Below, one piece after another: positions 49,496 to 58,222 of a DNA stretch of 64,000 nt. This stretch comes from Deferribacterales bacterium (lineage in GTDB: Bacteria; Chrysiogenota; Deferribacteres; Deferribacterales; Geovibrionaceae): contig JBFWJS010000002.1 of assembly GCA_050253075.1 (NCBI GenBank), forward strand, positions 448,001 to 512,000. The letters run 5' to 3'. Numbering within the stretch: the first letter of the stretch is position 1; every line of letters starts with the position of its first letter. Under the pieces are notes generated by a model. That model had not been told where the DNA came from, did no database searches, and saw only the letters and a program-made list of their open reading frames with translations. Position numbers and translations under genes: made by a program.

Positions 49496-50310
49496 CTGTT
49501 CTCATCCAGTATATCTGCGGCTCTGTGCAGCTCCTGAAGGCGGAGCATGCTCACACCTGCGTCGATCTCGTCGTTTATGTTTTCGTATACCTTCTTCTGC
49601 ACTACATTTTCATTTATGATGCCTATCCATCTCTTTTCTCTGAACAGGCGCATTATCTCCGCATAGCCGAAGAACTCGTTCTCTTTATACAGGCTGTCGT
49701 AAACGGCACACAAAGCTGCATAATCCTCCGGTCTGTCCAGAGTGATGCGTATCTCCGCCCCTCCGCATACGGATGGCTGATAGGACATCTTTCTGAATCC
49801 GCCGTTTATTATGTACGGGGTCACATGCTCCCTCTCGTGCTTTGCCTCTGCTTCCTCGTGGGCTTTTTTCAATGCTTCAAAGGTGAAGACCTCTGCATCC
49901 AGCCCGTGGGGGAATATCCTCGGGTGCACATTGGACATGTAGTCCGCATTTTCAAACTTTCTCAGCATGTCGTCTATGATATCTGAGTCTATGCACGGGC
50001 AGTCGCTCGTCACCCTGACGACGACATCCACGCCGAATTTATTCGCGGCACCGTAATATCTGCTGAGCACATCGTCCATGCTCCCTCTGAAAAAGCTGAC
50101 TCCCGCCTCTTCGCAAAGGGCTGCCACGGCATCGTCCTCGGGGTGGTCTGTTGTCGCTATTATCACTTCATCCAGCATCACACAGCGTCTGAGGCGCTTT
50201 ATCACCTGATGCAGAGCTGTCTCTGAACCGCCGTAGGGGAGAGCTTTCAGTATCTTCCCGGGGAGCCTTGTGGAGGCATATCTTGCCTGTACTATCGCAG
50301 CTGTTTTCAT
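49492..50310 (-). CDS. pseF: SpsF/PseF-type acylneuraminate cytidylyltransferase
   Basis: IVQARYASTRLPGKIL, RGSMDDVLSRY, RVTSDCP, REHVTPY, RITLDRPED. Confidence 0.75.
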   Translation of the reverse strand: MKTAAIVQARYASTRLPGKILKALPYGGSETALHQVIKRLRRCVMLDEVIIATTDHPEDDAVAALCEEAGVSFFRGSMDDVLSRYYGAANKFGVDVVVRVTSDCPCIDSDIIDDMLRKFENADYMSNVHPRIFPHGLDAEVFTFEALKKAHEEAEAKHEREHVTPYIINGGFRKMSYQPSVCGGAEIRITLDRPEDYAALCAVYDSLYKENEFFGYAEIMRLFREKRWIGIINENVVQKKVYENINDEIDAGVSMLRLQELHRAADILDENR

Positions 50311-50452
50311 ATGGTTACCCGCTTGTTTGATATTACATTTATAATAATCGGATTTTCCATCAAAGTATTAAGCCCCCCACGCTTAAAAGTGCTTGAAACA
50401 ATCATACAGGGGAGTAATATAAAGACTATATTATTTTTATGGGGTTTTTAAA

Positions 50453-51031
50453 ATGCAGATAGACGCTAGAGGGATGGCTTGCCCGCAGCCCGTCCTGTTG
50501 ATCAAAGCTGAACTTGAAAAGATCGAAGAAGGAGTTGTCACCATTCTGGTAGACAATAAAGGCTCCAGCATAAACGTCAAAAACTTTTGTGAAGCAAACG
50601 GGCACACTGTAAGTGTCACAGAGTTCGACGGATATTACAAAATAGACGCAGCCAAAGGATACGACTGCGCCATAGCCGAGGAGAAGTCCGCAGACGAAAA
50701 TATAGTGGTCTTCATCAGCACAGAGTGCATCGGCTCCGAAGAGGTCGAACTGGGCAAAATGCTCATGAAAGGCTTCATCGGAAACATTAAAAATCTGGAC
50801 GTAAAGCCAAAGACAATTATATTCGTTAACAACAGCGTGAAGATGCTTACGCTGAACGAAGAGACCATTAAGCTGGTGAATGAGATAGAGGAGCTCGGCA
50901 TAGAGGTTCTCGCTTGCGGTGCATGTCTCGAATACTTCGGCATAGTGGACAAGCTCGCCGCAGGTAAGGTGACAGACGCACTCACCGTCGGCAACAAACT
51001 GTTCAACGCTGACAAGATAGTCAGACTGTAA
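50453..51031 (+). CDS. yedF: YedF-like TusA/SirA plus DsrE-like sulfur/selenium transfer protein
   Basis: IDARGMACPQPV; ELGKMLMKGF, ACGACLEYFG. Confidence 0.8.
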   Translation: MQIDARGMACPQPVLLIKAELEKIEEGVVTILVDNKGSSINVKNFCEANGHTVSVTEFDGYYKIDAAKGYDCAIAEEKSADENIVVFISTECIGSEEVELGKMLMKGFIGNIKNLDVKPKTIIFVNNSVKMLTLNEETIKLVNEIEELGIEVLACGACLEYFGIVDKLAAGKVTDALTVGNKLFNADKIVRL

Positions 51032-51043
51032 AGGAGCTGAAAT

Positions 51044-51700
51044 ATATTTCCGTTAAAGGACTCGATACCTTCGTCGACATTCCCTTTTGTCAACTGGGCT
51101 ATCATACTGGTTAACGTTTTCGTATTCATGACAATGCTTAAGATGCCTCCCCAGCAGGAGCACGCATTCATCTTCGAGTACGGGCTGATACCTAAGAGGC
51201 TTTTTGTGGAGAACTCGATGCTGACGGCGGCAGACAGATACCTGCCCATACTCTCATCTATGTTCATGCACGGCGGATTTATGCATATAATAGGCAACAT
51301 GTACTTCCTGTTCATCTTCGGCGATAATGTCGAGGACAAGCTGGGGCATGTCAGATATCTGTTCATATACATTATGTTCGGGCTGGCTGCTGCCGCTTCA
51401 CAGGTTATCATGTTCCCTGACTCTGTCATACCCATGGTCGGCGCCAGCGGTGCCGTTGCGGGGGTGATGGGGGCTTACTTGGTGTTTTATCCTCATGCAA
51501 AGGTTAAGACGCTCATAATTATTATTATTTTTATAACAGTGGCGAATATTCCTGCTTTCATCTTCCTGCTCTTATGGTTTCTGTTTCAATTCCTGAACGG
51601 AACAGGCGCAGGGAACGGCGGTGTGGCCTGGTGGGCTCATATCGGCGGATTCGTAGCGGGGCTAGTATATGCAATTTACTTTCTCCGAAAGAGAATTTGA
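51044..51700 (+). CDS. Rhomboid intramembrane serine protease (proposed ATA start)
   Basis: MFMHGGFMHIIGNM, VGASGAV, AWWAHIGGF; the in-frame N-terminus (I)FPLKDSIPSSTFPFVN begins at ATA 51044, 7 nt after AAGGAG. Confidence 0.88.
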   Translation: MFPLKDSIPSSTFPFVNWAIILVNVFVFMTMLKMPPQQEHAFIFEYGLIPKRLFVENSMLTAADRYLPILSSMFMHGGFMHIIGNMYFLFIFGDNVEDKLGHVRYLFIYIMFGLAAAASQVIMFPDSVIPMVGASGAVAGVMGAYLVFYPHAKVKTLIIIIIFITVANIPAFIFLLLWFLFQFLNGTGAGNGGVAWWAHIGGFVAGLVYAIYFLRKRI

Positions 51701-51714
51701 AACGGAGCTGATTT

Positions 51715-51942
51715 ATGTGTTTAGGTTTTCCAGGAAAGATTTTAGAAAAAGATGAATTCGGCGCAATAGTCGACATCGGCGGTACAAAGAGGGACGTATC
51801 TACCATGATACTCCCCGACGAAGTAGAGGTAGGCGACTGGGTGATGGTTCACGCAGGGATGGCTATCGCAAAGATGGACCCCGAAGAGGCGCAGAAGACA
51901 CTTCAGGTTTTAAGGGAATTCGCAGATGGCATTGATGATTGA
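51715..51942 (+). CDS. hypC: Hydrogenase maturation chaperone HypC
   Basis: MCLGFPG, VGDWVMVHAGMAI. Confidence 0.95.
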   Translation: MCLGFPGKILEKDEFGAIVDIGGTKRDVSTMILPDEVEVGDWVMVHAGMAIAKMDPEEAQKTLQVLREFADGIDD

Positions 51943-53008
51943 TGATTTCAGAGATGCCGAGCTTTGTAAAAAGCTGATAGCAAAGATTGAAAAAGAGGCA
52001 GTGAAAGACTGCTACCGCTTTATGGAAGTGTGCGGAAGCCATACCATGGCGATAGCTAAATTCGGCATTAAAAGCATACTGCCAAAGAATATAGACCTCA
52101 TATCCGGCCCGGGATGCCCCGTGTGCGTCACTCCACAGTGTGAGATAGACGCCCTGTTCGACATAGCATCCGGAGGAGCCGTGATAGCGACATTCGGCGA
52201 TATGATGCGTGTGCCCGGTGCAGACGGGCAGAACCTGCAGAAGATGAAATCCGCAGGGGCAGACGTGCGCATAGTATTCTCCCCGCTTGATACACTTAAG
52301 ATAGCGAAAGAGACCGATAAGGAAGTGGTCTTCGTCGGCATCGGCTTTGAAACCACAGCCCCAGCCGTCGCAGGGCTCGCACTCATGGCTAAAAAAGGCG
52401 GATATAAGAATGTCAGCATCACACCGTATAACAAGACAATGCCCGAGGTTCTCTCTCTGATACTCTCAGACGACAACCTTAAGATAAACGGATTCGTATG
52501 CCCCGGTCATGTGACAGCCGTCACAGGCATAGGGCTCTACGACCCTGTCGTTGCGCAGGGGATGTCTGCCGTTGTCACAGGTTTCGAGCCTGTGGACATA
52601 CTCAGCTCCATCCTCGAAATGGTGCGTCAGGTCAATACCGGCGATTACAAGGCGATGAACATGTATTCACGTGTGGTATCCGACGAAGGGAACGAAAAGG
52701 CCCGTCAGGTGATAGACACTGTTTATGAAAAGCAAGGCTGCTGGTGGCGTGGCATAGGCTTCATCGAAGACAGCGGACTCGCCTTCCGTAAGGAATACGA
52801 AGAATTCGACGCTTTCAAAAGATTTAACGTCAATCTCGAAGGGGACGACGAGATAGCAGGATGCTCCTGCGGAGACGTTCTGAAAGGATATATAAAGCCG
52901 AACGAGTGCGCTCTTTTCGGCTCTGCCTGCACCCCCGTAAACCCCGTTGGACCATGCATGGTCTCCTCCGAGGGCGCATGTGCGGCAGCATATAAATACG
53001 GCATATAA
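51926..53008 (+). CDS. hypD: Hydrogenase maturation protein HypD
   Basis: MEVCGSHT, GPGCPVCVT, GFETTAP, PGHV, GPCMVSSEGACAA. Confidence 0.96.
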   Translation: MALMIDDFRDAELCKKLIAKIEKEAVKDCYRFMEVCGSHTMAIAKFGIKSILPKNIDLISGPGCPVCVTPQCEIDALFDIASGGAVIATFGDMMRVPGADGQNLQKMKSAGADVRIVFSPLDTLKIAKETDKEVVFVGIGFETTAPAVAGLALMAKKGGYKNVSITPYNKTMPEVLSLILSDDNLKINGFVCPGHVTAVTGIGLYDPVVAQGMSAVVTGFEPVDILSSILEMVRQVNTGDYKAMNMYSRVVSDEGNEKARQVIDTVYEKQGCWWRGIGFIEDSGLAFRKEYEEFDAFKRFNVNLEGDDEIAGCSCGDVLKGYIKPNECALFGSACTPVNPVGPCMVSSEGACAAAYKYGI

Positions 53009-53142
53009 GGCGCAGGATGCGCCTCACGAAGTGGGAGTGAGATTGGATGTATTCAATCGAAACGACCCGAATTAATTTTTCATGGACGAAAAATTAATAG
53101 TGACAAATAAATACGGAATATAAGGCACACGATGTGCCTCAC
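52992..53142 (+). repeat. 36-bp imperfect direct repeat pair (52992-53027, 53107-53142) within a GGA-hairpin array
   Basis: ATAAATACGGCATATAAGGCGCAGGATGCGCCTCAC versus ATAAATACGGAATATAAGGCACACGATGTGCCTCAC. Confidence 0.8.
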
Positions 53143-53152
53143 TAAATATTAA

Positions 53153-53258
53153 GTCATCCTGAATGACTAGCCGCAGGCTGTACGAATCTATTATGGATCA
53201 ATAGATGAGTAAATGAAGGATCTGAAACTTTCAGATTCTTCGCAAAGCTCAGAATGAC
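53153..53258. repeat. Palindromic intergenic repeat, copy 3 (with internal insertion)
   Basis: GTCATCCTGAA...GAAGGATCTGAAACTTTCAGATTCTTCG..CTCAGAATGAC. Confidence 0.75.
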
Positions 53259-53275
53259 GAGAGACGGAGACATAT

Positions 53276-55033
53276 ATACTATTCGGTAATATCGGAGGTT
53301 TAAAACCTCATCAGACACAGAACCTTGAGAAGCTCTATTCCAGAAAGGCAGGGGTGAACGAAACCATCCAGCCCGAACTGGCTAAGACCATCTGCTCCTT
53401 ATCATTCGAGCTGAACAGACAGATAGGCATACTCGCCGACCGTAAAGGTAACGTACAGTATGTCATTGTGGGCGATACGAACGAAGTATTCATACCCAGT
53501 CTGGAGAGGTTCCCCATCGTACCGGGAAGCCTGCGGGGGCTGAGACTGCTCCACACCCACCTGAAAGGCGAAGACATCACAGATGACGACCTTACAGACC
53601 TTGCTCTGCTCAGGCTCGACAGCGTGACCGCCCTGCACTTTAACCCGCAGGGGCATCCATACAGGATGCAGACGGCGCACCTGCTCCCGCCTGACAACTA
53701 TAACTATTTCGACTTTATGACAGACACAGACCCGCACAGGCAGTCTGTGGACTATCAGGCTTTCATCACAGAGCTGGAAAGCGAGATATCCTCAAAGACA
53801 AAGCGTCTGCACAAGGTGGACGAAGGGAATGTCACCATGCTCATCGGATGCTATCCGTCCAGAGCACATGCGAGGGAAAATATGGCAGAGCTTTCAGAGC
53901 TCGCCCGCAGTGCGAATATGTATGTCATAGACGAAGTTGTTCAGCTGAAAGATAAAATCCACCCAAAATATGTCATCGGACCGGGAAAGCTGAAAGAGAT
54001 AGTCATAAAATCCATGCAGAGCGGCGTGGAGTTCCTCGTTTTTGATAACCCGCTCTCCCCTGCACAGGCGAAGTCGATCGCAGACTTCACCGATCTGAAG
54101 ATCCTCGACAGACCTCAGCTCATCCTCGACATCTTTGCCAAAAGAGCAAAGACAAACGACGGCAAGATACGTGTGGAGCTCGCACAGCTTAAATATCTGC
54201 TCCCGAGACTCTCACAGAGGGACGACTCCCTTTCGCGTCTTACAGGCGGAATAGGCGGACGTGGCCCCGGTAATACGAAGCTGGAGATAGACAGAAGGCG
54301 CATCAACGACCGCATCGCCATGCTTTCGAAAAAACTGAAACACATCGAAAAGAACAGAGAGACAATGAGGCGCAAGCGAAACAGGAACGAACTGCCCATA
54401 GTCTCCATCATAGGATATACCAACGCAGGGAAATCCACCCTGCTGAACAGCCTCACCCAGAGCGGGGTCTATGCGGACAACCTTATGTTTGCCACACTGG
54501 ACACCAGCTCAAAGAGGATAAGGTTCCCTCAGGAGCGTGACGTCATCATCACCGACACGGTGGGATTCATCCGAGACCTCCCCGAAAACCTGAAAGGAGC
54601 TTTCAAAAGCACCCTTGAGGAGCTTCAGGACGCCGACGCGCTTCTGCATGTGGTGGATGTCTGCTCCGACGGCTTTAATTCCAGGGTCGCATCCGTGGAA
54701 GCGGTGCTTCAGGAGCTTGAGCTTACGGACAAAGAGACTATATTAGTACTTAATAAAATAGATATGCTCGAACAGTTTGAGACGGACTATATACAGTTCG
54801 GCGAGATGGACGAGCTGGGCGATCCGGAGAAATATGAGCGGGCACACGGCATAGTGAACCTTATCGAAAGGTATAACAAGGTATGTATGGTGACGGCTCT
54901 GGACAGGAAGTCTTTCCGAGAGCTGCTGGAGCTCATCAGGCTGACACTGTTCGCCGACGGCATAGACATCGAGCCGATGGGCATAGAAGACTATTACGGT
55001 CACAGGAGCATAGATGACACCTTTGAGTCCTAG
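53276..55033 (+). CDS. hflX: GTPase HflX, long N-terminal form (proposed ATA start)
   Basis: GYTNAGKS, FATLD, DTVGFI, NKID; the frame is open upstream of GTG 53354 to ATA 53276 ((I)LFGNIGGLKPHQ..LEKLY). Confidence 0.92.
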   Translation: MLFGNIGGLKPHQTQNLEKLYSRKAGVNETIQPELAKTICSLSFELNRQIGILADRKGNVQYVIVGDTNEVFIPSLERFPIVPGSLRGLRLLHTHLKGEDITDDDLTDLALLRLDSVTALHFNPQGHPYRMQTAHLLPPDNYNYFDFMTDTDPHRQSVDYQAFITELESEISSKTKRLHKVDEGNVTMLIGCYPSRAHARENMAELSELARSANMYVIDEVVQLKDKIHPKYVIGPGKLKEIVIKSMQSGVEFLVFDNPLSPAQAKSIADFTDLKILDRPQLILDIFAKRAKTNDGKIRVELAQLKYLLPRLSQRDDSLSRLTGGIGGRGPGNTKLEIDRRRINDRIAMLSKKLKHIEKNRETMRRKRNRNELPIVSIIGYTNAGKSTLLNSLTQSGVYADNLMFATLDTSSKRIRFPQERDVIITDTVGFIRDLPENLKGAFKSTLEELQDADALLHVVDVCSDGFNSRVASVEAVLQELELTDKETILVLNKIDMLEQFETDYIQFGEMDELGDPEKYERAHGIVNLIERYNKVCMVTALDRKSFRELLELIRLTLFADGIDIEPMGIEDYYGHRSIDDTFES

Positions 55034-55361
55034 CGAAGTAATAAAATTCCGCTCCGAGTGCTATAAAGCATCCGACGGGGCGGGAGTGTATCACCTGTAT
55101 TCGGCAAAGAGCGATCTGAGGAAGCTGTTCAAAGCGGACGACTTCACCGAGCACTTCGGCATGCTGACGAAAAACAGCGAGCACGCAGGACTTATGATCG
55201 TTTCAGAAAATATAAAAGACACACTGGCAGAAGTAAAATATGTCGAACATATAAGTGAACGAGGGGAAATGGTTACATTCTATTCGAAAACTTTTTTCAC
55301 CCGAGAGAACGGCCAGTGGAAGATCCTGAAAGAAAAAAGGGAACAAACGTCAGGTTTTTGA
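55014..55361 (+). CDS. Hypothetical protein
   Basis: 115-aa ORF overlapping the hflX stop, GGAG RBS; C-terminal FTRENGQWKI resembles NTF2-like folds. Confidence 0.6.
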   Translation: MTPLSPSEVIKFRSECYKASDGAGVYHLYSAKSDLRKLFKADDFTEHFGMLTKNSEHAGLMIVSENIKDTLAEVKYVEHISERGEMVTFYSKTFFTRENGQWKILKEKREQTSGF

Positions 55362-55370
55362 AATTTACTC

Positions 55371-55399
55371 TTGAAAAAGGTATCATAATATTCTATAAG
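55371..55399 (+). promoter_or_regulatory. Sigma-70 promoter of the tRNA pair
   Basis: TTGAAA-N17-TATAAG. Confidence 0.65.
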
Positions 55400-55417
55400 T
55401 ATTTCCTGCTTTGTTAC

Positions 55418-55506
55418 GGAGGAGTGTCCGAGTCTGGCTTAAGGAGGCGGTCTTGAAAACCGTTGAGCGTGCGAGCGTTCCGTGGGTTCGAATCCTACCT
55501 CCTCCG
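55418..55506 (+). tRNA. tRNA-Ser (anticodon TGA), CCA not encoded
   Basis: GGAGGAG/CTCCTCC acceptor stem, GCGGT-CTTGAAA-ACCGT anticodon arm, long variable arm, GTTCGAATC, discriminator G. Confidence 0.93.
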
Positions 55507-55532
55507 TTTCTTTTTTTTAATTTACCTAAAAG

Positions 55533-55623
55533 GGAGTGGTGGCCGAGCTAGGCTGAAGGCGCTCGCCTGCTAAGTGAGTATACGGCATATACCGTATCGA
55601 GGGTTCGAATCCCTCCCACTCCG
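55533..55623 (+). tRNA. tRNA-Ser (anticodon GCT), CCA not encoded
   Basis: GGAGTGG/CCACTCC acceptor stem, CTCGC-CTGCTAA-GTGAG anticodon arm, long variable arm, GTTCGAATC. Confidence 0.93.
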
Positions 55624-55651
55624 CTTTTAAATTTGTGGTTTGAGGATAGAC

Positions 55652-56188
55652 ATGAAAAAACTTTTAGTAAGCCTTCTGATGGTTGCGTTTCTCGCAGCTT
55701 GCTCACAGGGCGTTGTCGAAGACGAGCAGACTAACGCTGCTCCTGCGCAAACATCTACATCTGTAGAAAATCCACACGCTGATCAACCTGCTGCTGACCC
55801 ACACGCCGGTGTTGCTACACCTAAAGAGCGTAAGTTTGACATCCCGCAGGCTGTTTCAGACAAATACAAAAGCCTCATCATCGAGGTTAAAAACCTTACA
55901 GAAAACAGCTCTGTTGAGACCGACGTGCTTATCGGTCAGAAAGCAGAAGTTACAGGTACTCCTTTCGAAGTACAGGTAGAATACTACCTTCCGGACTTCG
56001 TTATCAACGCTGACGGTGTTATCACAACACGCTCCGCTGAAGAGAACAACCCTGTAGCTAAGATCAAAGTTTTCAAATTCGGAGAGGTTTTCTTCGACGG
56101 ATGGCTTTACAAAAACCATCCTAACGAGCACGGTGCTTTCGATAACGAAGCATACAGCATCGCACTTGTTAAATCTGTAACTAAGTAA
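55652..56188 (+). CDS. Lipoprotein, DUF2155-like
   Basis: MKKLLVSLLMVAFLAAC lipobox; NPH/DPH low-complexity linker; SAEENNPVAK..FFDGWLY..HP. Confidence 0.7.
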   Translation: MKKLLVSLLMVAFLAACSQGVVEDEQTNAAPAQTSTSVENPHADQPAADPHAGVATPKERKFDIPQAVSDKYKSLIIEVKNLTENSSVETDVLIGQKAEVTGTPFEVQVEYYLPDFVINADGVITTRSAEENNPVAKIKVFKFGEVFFDGWLYKNHPNEHGAFDNEAYSIALVKSVTK

Positions 56189-56213
56189 GTTACTAACCAA
56201 TTTCAGAAACTAC

Positions 56214-56241
56214 AAAGGGCATCTTCGGATGCCCTTTTTTT
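56214..56241 (+). terminator. Intrinsic terminator
   Basis: AAAGGGCATC-TTCG-GATGCCCTTTTTTT. Confidence 0.9.
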
Positions 56242-56336
56242 GTGTGAATATAAAGTGCCACACTGCCTTTGTATTATGCCTACGGTATCGCCCGGCACAT
56301 CCATAACTTTGAATCCAATTTCTACTTAGACTTGAA

Positions 56337-56419
56337 GTCATTCTGAGGGAGTGAAGCGACCGTAAGAATCTCACTAATGTCTTAAGATCCTCACGCTTGC
56401 TTCGCACGCTCAGGATGAC
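56337..56419. repeat. Palindromic intergenic repeat, copy 4
   Basis: GTCATTCTGAG..AAGAATCT..AGATCCT..CTCAGGATGAC. Confidence 0.75.
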
Positions 56420-56431
56420 TCAATGTACTAT

Positions 56432-56459
56432 AAAAAAAGGGGAGCATAAGCTCCCCTTT
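56432..56459 (-). terminator. Intrinsic terminator of ilvBNC
   Basis: A7-GGGGAGC-ATAA-GCTCCCC on the plus strand. Confidence 0.85.
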
Positions 56460-56531
56460 GGTTCGTTAATCTTAAGTATCAGAGTGGAGGCAAAGTGCGT
56501 CCTCTCTAATATGGTCGGCGATAATTTCGCC

Positions 56532-57548
56532 TTAGTTTCTTGATTTGTCTACGATCTTGCCTTTATCAAGCCAGCTCATAAGACCACGGAGTTTCTGACC
56601 GACTTCTTCGATAGGGTGCTCTGCGCCCATTCTTGTGAGAGCTGTGAAGTTAGGGCAGTTAGCCTTGTTCTCAAGCATCCACTCGTTAGCGAACTGACCG
56701 GACTGGATCTCGTAGAGAACCTGCTTCATTCTCTCTTTCACGTCAGGAGTGATAACTCTCGGGCCTCTTGTAAGGTCGCCGTACTGAGCTGTGTTAGAGA
56801 TAGAATAGCGCATGTTTGTGATACCGCCTTCGTAGATAAGGTCTACGATGAGCTTAACTTCGTGAAGACACTCGTAGTATGCCATCTCAGGAGCGTATCC
56901 TGCCTCTGTAAGAGTCTCGAATCCGTACTGGATAAGCTGAGCAAGACCACCGCAAAGAACAACCTGCTCGCCGAAGAGGTCAGTTTCTGTCTCTTCTTTG
57001 AATGTTGTCTGAAGGATAGCAGCTCTCGCACCGCCGATACCGTTAGCGTATGAAAGTGCCATATCGAGAGAGTCGCCTGTGTAGTCCTGATGAACAGCAA
57101 CGAGGCAAGGAACGCCTGCGCCCTTCTCATACTCAGCACGAACGAGGTGACCAGGTCCCTTAGGAGCGATCATAACAACGTTAACGTTTGCAGGTGGTGT
57201 GATCTGGTTAAAAAGGATGTTGAAACCGTGAGCGAAAGCGAGGTAGTTTCCTTCCTCAAGTCCCGGCTCGATAGCTTCTTTGTATATATCGCCCTGAGAC
57301 TCGTCAGGAGCGAGAACCATGATAAAGTCAGCCCACTTACAAGCTTCCTTTACTTCCATAACTTTAAGTCCTGCGCCTTCAGCTTTTTTCCAGCTGGAGC
57401 TTCCCTCACGAAGGGCAACGCATACATCAACGCCGGAATCCTTCATGTTGTTTGTGTGGCCGTAACCCTGAGAACCATAGCCGATAACAGCTACTTTCTT
57501 AGTTTTGATCAGCTCAAGGTTAGTGTCCTTTTCGTAATAGATTTTCAT
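56532..57548 (-). CDS. ilvC: Ketol-acid reductoisomerase
   Basis: [32 protein letters not shown]. Confidence 0.97.
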   Translation of the reverse strand: MKIYYEKDTNLELIKTKKVAVIGYGSQGYGHTNNMKDSGVDVCVALREGSSSWKKAEGAGLKVMEVKEACKWADFIMVLAPDESQGDIYKEAIEPGLEEGNYLAFAHGFNILFNQITPPANVNVVMIAPKGPGHLVRAEYEKGAGVPCLVAVHQDYTGDSLDMALSYANGIGGARAAILQTTFKEETETDLFGEQVVLCGGLAQLIQYGFETLTEAGYAPEMAYYECLHEVKLIVDLIYEGGITNMRYSISNTAQYGDLTRGPRVITPDVKERMKQVLYEIQSGQFANEWMLENKANCPNFTALTRMGAEHPIEEVGQKLRGLMSWLDKGKIVDKSRN

Positions 57549-57710
57549 TTCATTTAACCTCTATATTTATACTAAAATCTTTCCAGAGATTGCCGCGTGG
57601 CGTAGCTCCCCGCAATGACAAATGCTTTGCAGTTGACCAACGGGAAACGTAAAACGAGAACCTCTGACTATTCTAACAGTCTGGTGATTCGCCTGCAGGT
57701 GCTGACCTGC

Positions 57711-58211
57711 CTACTTGTTGTCGCTGGTCGGCTTGCTGCCTCTGCTGAGGGCTATTGCGCCTGTTCTTGCGACTTCTATTATGCCGTACGGCTCGAGCAC
57801 CTTAACAAATGCCATCAGCTTATCTTTCTCGCCTGTGATCTCTACCACAAGTGAGTTGTTTGTGATATCTACTGTTTTGCCTCTGAAAGTGCTTATAATA
57901 TTAAAAAGTTCTGAACGTGTGGTGCCTGTGGTTCTCACCTTTACAAGCATCATCTCACGCTCGATATGCTCCATCTGGCTGACATCGCGAACACGGATAA
58001 CGTTAACCAGCTTTCTCAGCTGTTTGATTATCTGCTCGATAACGGCATCGTCACCGCTTGTCACGATGGTCATTATGGATATGTTCGGGTCGAGCGTCTT
58101 ATTAACGGAGAGCGACTCGATGTTATACCCTCTACCGCTGAAAAGTCCTGATATGCGGGAGAGAACTCCGAATTTGTTTTCAACAATTACGCAAATAGTA
58201 TGTCTCATCAT
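57711..58211 (-). CDS. ilvN: Acetolactate synthase small subunit
   Basis: VENKFGVLSRISGLFSGRGYNIESL, EVARTG. Confidence 0.95.
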   Translation of the reverse strand: MMRHTICVIVENKFGVLSRISGLFSGRGYNIESLSVNKTLDPNISIMTIVTSGDDAVIEQIIKQLRKLVNVIRVRDVSQMEHIEREMMLVKVRTTGTTRSELFNIISTFRGKTVDITNNSLVVEITGEKDKLMAFVKVLEPYGIIEVARTGAIALSRGSKPTSDNK

Positions 58212-58222
58212 GTCAGTTCTCC

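Noticed and set aside
52992..53142. CRISPR array
   Set aside because: Only two imperfect 36-bp copies with a 79-bp gap, one overlapping hypD, and no cas genes.
55418..55623. tRNA-Sec, or a tRNA-targeted integrated element
   Set aside because: Anticodons are TGA and GCT (Ser), not TCA; no integrase or duplicated tRNA 3' end was seen.
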